From contig CAZWKA010000006.1 of assembly GCA_964634875.1 (NCBI GenBank), forward strand, positions 12,173 through 76,172: a stretch of 64,000 nucleotides of DNA, given 5' to 3'. Of the stretch, positions 49,001-56,243 are shown piece by piece. The notes beneath the pieces are model-generated. The model was given only the letters and a program-made list of their open reading frames with translations, searched no databases and was not told where the DNA came from. The stretch comes from an uncultured Gammaproteobacteria bacterium (GTDB lineage: Bacteria > Patescibacteriota > Patescibacteriia > Magasanikbacterales > GWA2-37-8). The translations under genes and the position numbers were made by a program. How positions within the stretch are numbered: the stretch's first letter is position 1; each line of letters opens with the position of its first letter.

Positions 49001-51731
49001 TTTTGTTAATAATGGGGGGTATTACGTAAAAATGGTTCAGGCCCCCGATGGTTTGCCTGTTATGGTTCACTACGATCCCAGCTTTGGAAATTTTTATGGC
49101 GGGAAATGTCGGGGTACCGGTTGCGCTACTTCATCTGAGTATCCTAGTTTTGGAACAATTGCTTTCATGAATAATGCGCAGGCGTATAATGGTTTTGCGG
49201 GTTTAGCTATGGGTACAAATGGTGTGGCGGTCGCTAGTTATTATGATCGTTTTAATCATACAGTATATGTCGCTCGATGTAGCGCGTCCAATAACTGTAG
49301 TTCATGGTCAAATACAACCATTGATTCTGATGTAGGGTTTCACGCCCTGCCACCCGATGGCGGAGCTTGGACTTCGATGACTATCGGAGCAGATGGAAAT
49401 CCTGTGGTCTTCTATCATCGGTTTGTTGGTACCGACGCTAGCCCCTTTATATACCGCTGCGTAGATAACAACTGTGTACAAACGAGCGCTAAACCAATCT
49501 CCGCTGGCTCATATGATGGTTTTAATTATGTCCGTGGCACATCTTTGATAAAAGCCCAGAACGGTGAGCTCATTGCTTTTATGTACAAACAAGATACGGG
49601 CGATTTGGTCTTGTGGCGGGGGTGTGCCCAGAATAGCGATGTGTTTGGGACGGGTGGGTGTACGCAAGTCGTCGCGTATTCAGGTTCTTCACTGGGTTCG
49701 CGCGGCCAATATTTTTATCAAATTTATTCCCGAGAGATCTACGCACAACAGGCGTATCTCTCTGGGTTTGACCTTGCAGAATCATATTTAACCGATGATG
49801 CGACTTTGGTGCCGGGTGAAGTTGTGGCGCTCGATCAAAATAATCCTAACAAAGTAATTAAAGCCGATAGTGTTAACTATCCATTAGCTATCGGTATAGT
49901 TTCAACTAAACCCGGTCTTTTGTTGACTGAATGGTCGGATGATGACCCGATATTTACCAGTACTACGCGAAAAGTTTCTTTGGCGCTCGCAGGTCGTGTG
50001 CCGCTCAAGGTGTCAGGCAGTAATGGTCCGATCGTGATTGGTGATAAACTTTCCGCCTCGACAATTCCTGGTGTTGCCGTCAAGGCATTGCCCGGAAGCA
50101 TAACGATTGGTGTGGCTATGGAAAACTTTGCCGGAGGCATGGGTACGATCACAACATTTGTTAATGTTGATTCGTCTGGTGCGAATGGCTCGCAGGTAAA
50201 AGGAGCATTAACCATCGATACAACCCAGAAAAATATTATTGTTGGCTCAACTACTACCCCGTACAGTTTTTCTTTGAACGGTAATCTGTCTTTGCTCTCA
50301 ACTTCGATGAACACGCTTTCTTTTGCAACGACGACGCTGCTCACGACTAGTATTCCTGACTTTGAAAACGCAAAAGCCTTTATTTTAAATGCCCAGAATT
50401 TTTCACCAACCAGCACTCCTGACCGTATTCTTTTTTCACTTCGTTCACATGATACACCGGTATTTTCAGTTAGTGCTAATGGTGATGTTAACGCAGCCGG
50501 TAATTATTATGGCCAAAGTGCTACGTTTGGTTCGTCGACTAACCCTGGTGACTTAGCTGAACGAGTGGATATTGCTGCAGACGATGTTGTAGAAGCGGGA
50601 GATGTCATGATTGTTGACCCGTATAGTCCAGACACCTATCGAAGAAGCGCTGAAGCGTATGATGGGCGGGTCGCCGGGGTTATCTCGAGTAATCCGACAA
50701 TCGTAGTCGGCAGGGGAAAAACTGACCATACAGCCAACCTGGCAATGGTGGGCCGTGTTCCGATTAAGGTGGTAAACGAAAATGGTTCAGTTAACCGAGG
50801 CGACCTGCTCGTCGCTTCATCAAAGCCGGGATATGCCATGAAATATGATCCTACGCTTGATAACAGTCAGAAGATGGTCGGGGTTATTGGTGTCGCGCTC
50901 GATCCACTTATGGCAGAACAGGGAAAAGTCATGGCGCTTATCAGGACTGGTTGGGCGTATAGCCAAACTAAAAATATTAGTTCGTTGCAAACCACAATAG
51001 AACAACTTGTTTCTGTTCAAGGAATTAATCTGGATGAAAATACCGAGGATCTTAAAGTTTCACAAAAAGACGGCTCGCTGGTGTATGAAGGAGGAAATCT
51101 AGATCTACGTGGTAATAAAATTTTAAACGTGGCTTCGATTGGAGGAAAAGAAAATGCGTGGTCAATTGATGAAGGAGGGCGCTTTATCACCCAATTAATC
51201 ACATCGGTCGGAACGCAAAGTATGTATGCACTACAGTCGCCTGCTTCGGAATTTGTTTTCTCAAGCTCGTCGCAGCTAGTTGCTGGCGAAGCGCGAATAA
51301 TTTTTGATCAAGCGGTACAAGAAATAATTGATCCGACGACGCCGCTTAAAGTGAGTGTTACCCTGACATCCTCGGGTGTCGGTGGTGTCTATGTCAGTGA
51401 AAAAACAGCCCAAGGGTTTGTGGTTATGCAGCTCGGTGGAACGGGCGGTGCAGCGACGTTTGACTGGGTTGTGGTAGCGAAACGACGCGAAGAGAATGCG
51501 ATAGCTCCACCTACAGATTCAGAGGCTCAGAAGGTCGACGCTCTTCTTGAGAAAGATGAAGAAACAGGTGCGCCGCCGGAACAAGCTGCTACCAGCTCAG
51601 CGAGTGTTGAAGAAGCGCTGGGTATGAGTGAAGCGGGGCTTACTACCACCTCTTCGACGGAGCTCGGCACTGAATCTAGCACAGCGACCTCTTCAATTCC
51701 CGCAAATGAAATTCAGACGCAAGCGCAATAA
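46095..51731 (+). CDS. Giant tail-fibre-like adhesin B (paralog of A)
   Basis: 1878 aa; same domain order as adhesin A. Confidence 0.8.
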   Translation: MGQKNIFQNSAILSRVFLPIGLFLFFLGALFYSQIAVQAAPAAPPSIVSYQGKILDDTNSPISTALNIKFLLYDAQTAGNVLYTAAGTLATPTALSITPSSGIFVVNLGDADTNPIEPSIFKNNTNVYLEVVVGAETLSPRRQITAAPYALNALALNGYSLETVSSSAYIPLSDAQGRFQFNGVTSTNLVATGTSTLATTTIVSTTIAQANITNLAINGTVTGLSLGSLSGTGVLAFIANSQTFSGANTFSATTTFTTSTIASSTLTQANIMALTVNGTLSLPANSVTDFMIPDTITAANYLLLTGGTLAGNLALGNNNISGINDLSLGGTLTNSGVSIFTSGFIAPASSTVGGQLHANGPVYASSTLDVDGRALFSSGFIANSASTINAGLAIGDTLSVGATSTFTTTTMASSSIANANIGNLVVNGTCSGCLSGAALLAANQTFTGTNIFSVTTTFSATSSFSQALGIATTTPSAQLTLNGGNILAIGTYVGSGAVPYSGVGTRLMWIPSRAAFRAGYVNGSQWDAANVGVYSAAFGENNTVSGDRAFAAGTGNTVSQTGSVAFGGSNTVSVTYSAAFGASNIINAGGGGFAVGLSNTVSGASSAAAIGTGNTSAGGTGSTAIGANNSAGGTSAIALGSRISVSGNNSVGIGLDTNSRTLSQNNTLAIMGGNVGIGTLAPGYTLAVTGTLAVSATSTFATTTMASSTIVSLNATNGYIGTLTVGSCTGCGAAAAGASLTDNQNFTGFNTFSATTTFTNRSGIVINTSTAYALGRLHIDPSGNIFTSGTIQLAGNLMPLRGVATSTAIAASATSTSSTLASVGDTGQNPAAMVGGDGFPIIAYYSSSTHGLMILHCTSVNCSSSDAPIQIDGLDEDVGVQPSIALGQDGFPVMTYYSVTSTNLRFAKCYNFSCSQVTTTTIDATANTGYYSSVVIGVDGNPIVAYQRTGQLYVLQCFTADCSSVSTPAFVNNGGYYVKMVQAPDGLPVMVHYDPSFGNFYGGKCRGTGCATSSEYPSFGTIAFMNNAQAYNGFAGLAMGTNGVAVASYYDRFNHTVYVARCSASNNCSSWSNTTIDSDVGFHALPPDGGAWTSMTIGADGNPVVFYHRFVGTDASPFIYRCVDNNCVQTSAKPISAGSYDGFNYVRGTSLIKAQNGELIAFMYKQDTGDLVLWRGCAQNSDVFGTGGCTQVVAYSGSSLGSRGQYFYQIYSREIYAQQAYLSGFDLAESYLTDDATLVPGEVVALDQNNPNKVIKADSVNYPLAIGIVSTKPGLLLTEWSDDDPIFTSTTRKVSLALAGRVPLKVSGSNGPIVIGDKLSASTIPGVAVKALPGSITIGVAMENFAGGMGTITTFVNVDSSGANGSQVKGALTIDTTQKNIIVGSTTTPYSFSLNGNLSLLSTSMNTLSFATTTLLTTSIPDFENAKAFILNAQNFSPTSTPDRILFSLRSHDTPVFSVSANGDVNAAGNYYGQSATFGSSTNPGDLAERVDIAADDVVEAGDVMIVDPYSPDTYRRSAEAYDGRVAGVISSNPTIVVGRGKTDHTANLAMVGRVPIKVVNENGSVNRGDLLVASSKPGYAMKYDPTLDNSQKMVGVIGVALDPLMAEQGKVMALIRTGWAYSQTKNISSLQTTIEQLVSVQGINLDENTEDLKVSQKDGSLVYEGGNLDLRGNKILNVASIGGKENAWSIDEGGRFITQLITSVGTQSMYALQSPASEFVFSSSSQLVAGEARIIFDQAVQEIIDPTTPLKVSVTLTSSGVGGVYVSEKTAQGFVVMQLGGTGGAATFDWVVVAKRREENAIAPPTDSEAQKVDALLEKDEETGAPPEQAATSSASVEEALGMSEAGLTTTSSTELGTESSTATSSIPANEIQTQAQ

Positions 51732-51760
51732 AAAACAGTTCCTGAGAGGAACTGTTTTTT
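51731..51760. terminator. Bidirectional terminator
   Basis: AAAAAACAGTTCCT-gag-AGGAACTGTTTTTT. Confidence 0.8.
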
Positions 51761-51823
51761 CTAATCAACATTGCTTGCAAAACCAGTGTTCATTAGAACG
51801 GTGCAGGGATGCACCGGAGAAGA

Positions 51824-52744
51824 TTAGGGACATGATTTAGTCCCAATCGTGAAGTCGACAGGAGGAAGCGTCTGTGCCACACCTGTTTCATCAAGGTATT
51901 CAACCTGCCAGAAGTAGCGAATACACCGTCCGGGATAGGCGTTCGACTTCGACGGCGGAAGAGCCTTGCGTGGAATCGTGAAGTAAGTGTGGATCACACC
52001 CGTTTTGGCGTATGTATCACACTTGTCTTCGATGTAGTTGCGGATTGGCTTTCCGTTCTCGTCAGCGTAGCTAACGGTGCCATTCTCGAACGTAGTCTCG
52101 GCCCAGAGCAGCGTGTGGAGGAGCTCTCGAGCCTGCCAGCCAAGCGATACACGTAGGGTGAAGCCTGTCGGCAGTTCGTAGCCGCAATCTACAGCTGGAT
52201 CCTGGGGTACCTCGACCACATTGTGTTCAAGTTCTGGTAGCCACCCGCCTTTGATTGGAACGGTGCGAGGCCACTCCACATCAACGAGGTCGAGGCGTTT
52301 ACCGCTTTTGAAGTCGAGTGTCCAGACGCCGCGTCGAGGACTGGCGTTCGTTGCGCTGCCAATCCCCACGCTCACGGCGAGCGGGTCGAAGATGTCGAGG
52401 CCGTGGTAGCCGTAGGCCAGATTGTTCAGAGCCCCTTCTGCATTGCAGTCAGAGCTCCAGCCGCAAAAGAACACGACGCCATTCTTGCCGGCTTGTTCCC
52501 CTTCCGGTGTATAGCCGGGCTGCCCCATCTTCTCTTTGTGCAAGGTGAGAGGGTCGGCAGTATCGATGCCGTTTACAGCCAGATACAAGGCATGGCTCCG
52601 TGTGCTGTTGCTAAGCTTTAGATCCAAAGGAAGTGGCTGTTGCCCCGCGGCATTCACTCGCAGCTCGTTAAGCAGCTCATGCATGGCTGATTCGTCTAGG
52701 GTGCAACCTGTCAGCGTAAGAAGAATCACGATAGATGCTTTCAT
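51824..52744 (-). CDS. Putative lipoprotein with a CAP/SCP-like domain
   Basis: MKASIVILLTLTG-C; LNELRV…LSNSTRSHALY…YHGLDIFDPLAVSVGIG; GGAG SD. Confidence 0.7.
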   Translation of the reverse strand: MKASIVILLTLTGCTLDESAMHELLNELRVNAAGQQPLPLDLKLSNSTRSHALYLAVNGIDTADPLTLHKEKMGQPGYTPEGEQAGKNGVVFFCGWSSDCNAEGALNNLAYGYHGLDIFDPLAVSVGIGSATNASPRRGVWTLDFKSGKRLDLVDVEWPRTVPIKGGWLPELEHNVVEVPQDPAVDCGYELPTGFTLRVSLGWQARELLHTLLWAETTFENGTVSYADENGKPIRNYIEDKCDTYAKTGVIHTYFTIPRKALPPSKSNAYPGRCIRYFWQVEYLDETGVAQTLPPVDFTIGTKSCP

Positions 52745-52993
52745 GACAATACTCCGTCAGAAAGTTGTTTTTATCCTTAAATCTATTAATTAAGGGCAAA
52801 AAAACTTTCTTACGAAGATGACTTGTAAAAAGAACGAACCGCTTATACTACACTATAATCGTCAAAAAGTCAAGGTTAAAGGCTTTCTCCATCGCTACCA
52901 ACCCATACGCTGAGTTGTTTGGGATGAGGCCGTTCGAACAAGGGGCTCCTTGTGCTGCCCGAAAGTATCGGGCAGCGAACGGCGGTTTCAGCA

Positions 52994-53437
52994 CTACTTG
53001 CGGAGTTGTGCTGTGGTGTGAAGGTCTGCGCTGAGAGAGTTGCCGCAGTTGGCCTGCAAAAACACGACAGAGCCGGGGATGACGCGATAAGCGCCGGCGG
53101 CCAAACTGAGCTCGAGCGTGGCACCGGGATCCGGGTTCGACCACGATGCGTGAGCGTGGTGGATGGCTTTCCCGGGCTTACTGCCGCGGTCCTCGTAGGC
53201 TTGGATCGATATCTGCTTACCGGAACACGATAGGTATCCAGCAATAGCATCTCCGGTAAGAACGGCATAGTGAAGGCCTTTGCCGGTCAAGGTAGGCCGG
53301 AGCTTCACTGTCTGATCGAGCACCACCAGAACTGCCACCGTATGAGCATCAATCTGGCGAGAGGCTGTGATCAAACACTGGTGGGCGCAGCCTGTGAATA
53401 GTCCGCTGAGAACAAGAGAGATCAACGGTTTGCGCAT
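52994..53437 (-). CDS. Putative lipoprotein
   Basis: MRKPLISLVLSGLFTG-C; GGGAGG SD; structured 3' region at 52929-52984. Confidence 0.72.
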   Translation of the reverse strand: MRKPLISLVLSGLFTGCAHQCLITASRQIDAHTVAVLVVLDQTVKLRPTLTGKGLHYAVLTGDAIAGYLSCSGKQISIQAYEDRGSKPGKAIHHAHASWSNPDPGATLELSLAAGAYRVIPGSVVFLQANCGNSLSADLHTTAQLRK

Positions 53438-53684
53438 GTAATCCTCCCTGTGGCTATCGCCGAATGGCTGTTAAAATAGTGACAGGTTTAGATCCGAGTG
53501 TCAAACAAAATAAACTCGTAGTGAGGTTGGCTTTTTAGTGATCTAAAGTAAAATAAAGTCCAACATCCACGGCTGTAATAGTCAGTTTTGATTAGGCTTG
53601 TTGAAAGGGGTTGACTTTTTGACCAAAAGTGTTCTATCCTATATCGGACAGAAAACAGGTCTAAGTCCTTTCCAAGGAGGGGTG

Positions 53685-53990
53685 ATGCGATTTTTTTGTA
53701 GCGCGCTGATTCTGATGTCTTTAGCGCTGCCTGCGGATGCGAGGCAGCGAAGGAGGCAGACGAAACAAACGCAAACGAATTTGATCACTTGTCCGGACGG
53801 CTATCAGTTGGCCACGCATCGAGATCAGCAGATCGACATGATGCTGGGTTGCCGTCCGAATGATGGAAGTGAGTTGCAGGAGGGCAACAGCGTTACCATC
53901 AACTGTCCCGCAGGTCAGGAGGGGCATCTGCAAGAGACAATTCCCCGGCAACAGGGCTACCTCTACTGTCTGCCCGCATCCTCGCACTAA
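53685..53990 (+). CDS. Small secreted Cys-containing protein
   Basis: Signal peptide ending ADA; ITCPDG / INCPAG repeat; AAGGAGGGG SD. Confidence 0.7.
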   Translation: MRFFCSALILMSLALPADARQRRRQTKQTQTNLITCPDGYQLATHRDQQIDMMLGCRPNDGSELQEGNSVTINCPAGQEGHLQETIPRQQGYLYCLPASSH

Positions 53991-54091
53991 TCTGTGCGCC
54001 TTCGTTGAGGTCGGCGACTGTCCGACCTCAACGCTCTTAAAAATATTAAACTAAAACCGCTCTGTACTAACAGAGCGGTTTTAGTTGTGTG

Positions 54092-54164
54092 TGGACCGTA
54101 CCGGGATCGAACCGGTGACCTCTTCCATGCCATGGAAGCGCGCTACCAGCTGCGCTAACGGCCC
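54092..54164 (-). tRNA. tRNA-Ala(GGC)
   Basis: GGGCCGTTAGCGCAGCTGGTAGCGCG-CTTCCAT-GGC-ATGGAAG…GGTTCGATCCC…CGGTCCA; G3:U70. Confidence 0.95.
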
Positions 54165-54457
54165 GATATTTTTAACGTTATTAGTATAGCATTTTTTAAA
54201 TCAAAGTCAATAATTGAGGGGTACGCCGCTAGTGGCTACAACAAACTGGGTGGTGTGGCCCAGATACCTTCCTGCAACCGTGCCGTTAGCTGTCCTTGGG
54301 TTGTTCGAAGTAAACAGATGAGGTAAAGACGAAACTTTTTCTTTTTTATATAGAATTCCTCTATGTCTAGAGTACTAGCACGGCGGCAAAACACCCAAGC
54401 TCTTGCCGTATTAGGGTGCTTTAGGTATAGTGTGGGAGTTTACTCCATATTATTGTT

Positions 54458-55528
54458 ATGTCATTTTCAATCGGTATCGTCGGTCTCCCTAACGTCGGCA
54501 AGTCAACACTTTTTAATGCCCTCACCCGCACCAAACAGGCTAATGTCCAAAATTATCCATTCTGTACTATCGACCCCAATGTTGGTGTAGTGGAAGTTCC
54601 GGATGTTCGTTTGCAAAAATTAAGCGATATTTCTGGTTCTAAAAAAATAATTCCTACCACGATCGAGTTTGTGGATATTGCTGGTCTGGTTAAAGGCGCC
54701 AGTGAAGGTGAGGGGCTTGGCAATAAATTTTTATCCCATATCCGCGAAGTTGATGCGATTGCCCATGTCGTGCGTAATTTTGAAGACAACAATATTACCC
54801 ATGTCCATAATCGCGTGAATCCGCTTGAAGATGCTGAGATCATTAATACAGAATTAGTGCTGGCTGATTTGCAAGTAGTGGGGAAGCGTCTTGAAACTAC
54901 TAAGAAGTCTGCCAAAGGTACCGCATTAAAAGAGTTGCAGCCGGAAATTGACCTTCTCCAAAAAATATACGACCAGCTCCAACAAAATAAAGCCGCCCGG
55001 GGGCTAGAATATACTGAGGACGAAACCGTGCTTCTAAAAACACTTCAGCTTATCACGATGAAGCCGATGATGTATGTAGTCAACGTCGCTGAAAGCGGTG
55101 GTGCCGCTGCAACGGTTGAAGCTGGTGTTGCTCAAATTGAAATTTGTGCTCGTCTCGAAGCAGAACTTGCCGACCTCTCACCCGAAGAAGGTAAAGAATA
55201 CTTAAAAAGTTTAGGGGTTGAAAAAACTGGTCTTGATAAACTGATTACCGCAGGGTACCAACTGCTTAATTTGATTACCTACTTTACTTCCGGAGAACCG
55301 GAAACGCGTGCTTGGACGGTGAATGTGGGTACAAAAGCGCCCCATGCTGCCGGAGTCATCCATACCGATTTTATCAAAGGCTTTATTAAAGCGGACGTTG
55401 TCGGTTGGGAAGACTTTGTTGCGCTCGGTGGTTGGGGTAAGTTAAAAGAAAGTGGTAAGCTCCGGTTGGAAGGAAAAGAATATATTGTGAAAGACGGGGA
55501 TGTTTGTTACTTCCACGTGAATACCTAA
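54458..55528 (+). CDS. ychF: Redox-regulated ATPase YchF
   Basis: GIVGLPNVGKST, YPFCTIDPN, DIAGLVKGAS and TGS domain motifs. Confidence 0.98.
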   Translation: MSFSIGIVGLPNVGKSTLFNALTRTKQANVQNYPFCTIDPNVGVVEVPDVRLQKLSDISGSKKIIPTTIEFVDIAGLVKGASEGEGLGNKFLSHIREVDAIAHVVRNFEDNNITHVHNRVNPLEDAEIINTELVLADLQVVGKRLETTKKSAKGTALKELQPEIDLLQKIYDQLQQNKAARGLEYTEDETVLLKTLQLITMKPMMYVVNVAESGGAAATVEAGVAQIEICARLEAELADLSPEEGKEYLKSLGVEKTGLDKLITAGYQLLNLITYFTSGEPETRAWTVNVGTKAPHAAGVIHTDFIKGFIKADVVGWEDFVALGGWGKLKESGKLRLEGKEYIVKDGDVCYFHVNT

Positions 55529-55585
55529 CGGCATCCTAGATTAAAAATCAATGTTTAAACATTGATTTTTTATTACCTCGAAAGC

Positions 55586-55614
55586 TTGACAAAAGAGTGT
55601 TTTTGTGCTATAAT
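55586..55614 (+). promoter_or_regulatory. Full-consensus sigma70 promoter with extended -10
   Basis: TTGACA-17 bp-TATAAT with TGn. Confidence 0.8.
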
Positions 55615-55757
55615 GCTTTGTTTAGTCTATATCAAAATGGCTAATTTTAGCCACAAGGTTAACCTAAATCACGTTCAAAAGCTGGTTTTTGTGTGTATGT
55701 AGCGTACCTATAAAAACCAGCTTTTACCCGGCGCAAGCCATTACCCAGGAGTCGTGT

Positions 55758-56084
55758 ATGCTCGTTTGTTCGTTGCGTAATCCTCCGCCCCAGTCCCTGA
55801 GCCCCTTCGGTGGTGGGCTCGTGACCCTCATCGGAGCAAAGCTCGAGTTCGAGTACCAGAGCAAGGGGTCGCGGCTGAAGGTCAGCTTGGCGAAGTACGG
55901 CCTCGCCCCCTACCGGCGCAAGGGGCCGCCGAGATCGAAGCTGATCGTCACGGTCAGCGAGATCATCGCCGACCAGTACGGCACCCGCGTCACAGGCACG
56001 TTTCAGCGTTGCCCTGGCGCCCTCCCAACGGTGGTGAGCGCTCGCCTGCCGACCGGCAGCAGCGTGCTCTGGAACATCGAGTAG
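55758..56084 (+). CDS. Hypothetical basic protein (GC-rich, SD-led class)
   Basis: CAGGAG SD; strongly GC3-biased codons; C10 tract and hairpin downstream. Confidence 0.65.
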   Translation: MLVCSLRNPPPQSLSPFGGGLVTLIGAKLEFEYQSKGSRLKVSLAKYGLAPYRRKGPPRSKLIVTVSEIIADQYGTRVTGTFQRCPGALPTVVSARLPTGSSVLWNIE

Positions 56085-56243
56085 CGCTGCTCGCCCCCCC
56101 CCCAAAAAAAACGTGTTCTAACGACCCCTGCGGCTTCTGCCTGGGGGTCGCTCTTCTTTTTTATATAGATTTTAAAACATCAAATTTTACAACCTGCTTG
56201 TTGACCTGATTAAGTTTTAAGTGATGTGCCTCTACAGTCGGTT

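Noticed and set aside
40755-51731. Prophage or diversity-generating retroelement target
   Set aside because: No capsid, terminase, integrase or reverse transcriptase in the window; the proteins have signal sequences; paralog differences are not adenine-specific.
54315-54335. Hammerhead ribozyme core (CAGATGAG…CGAAAC)
   Set aside because: The core reads CAGATGA rather than CTGANGA, and I found no convincing stems I and III.
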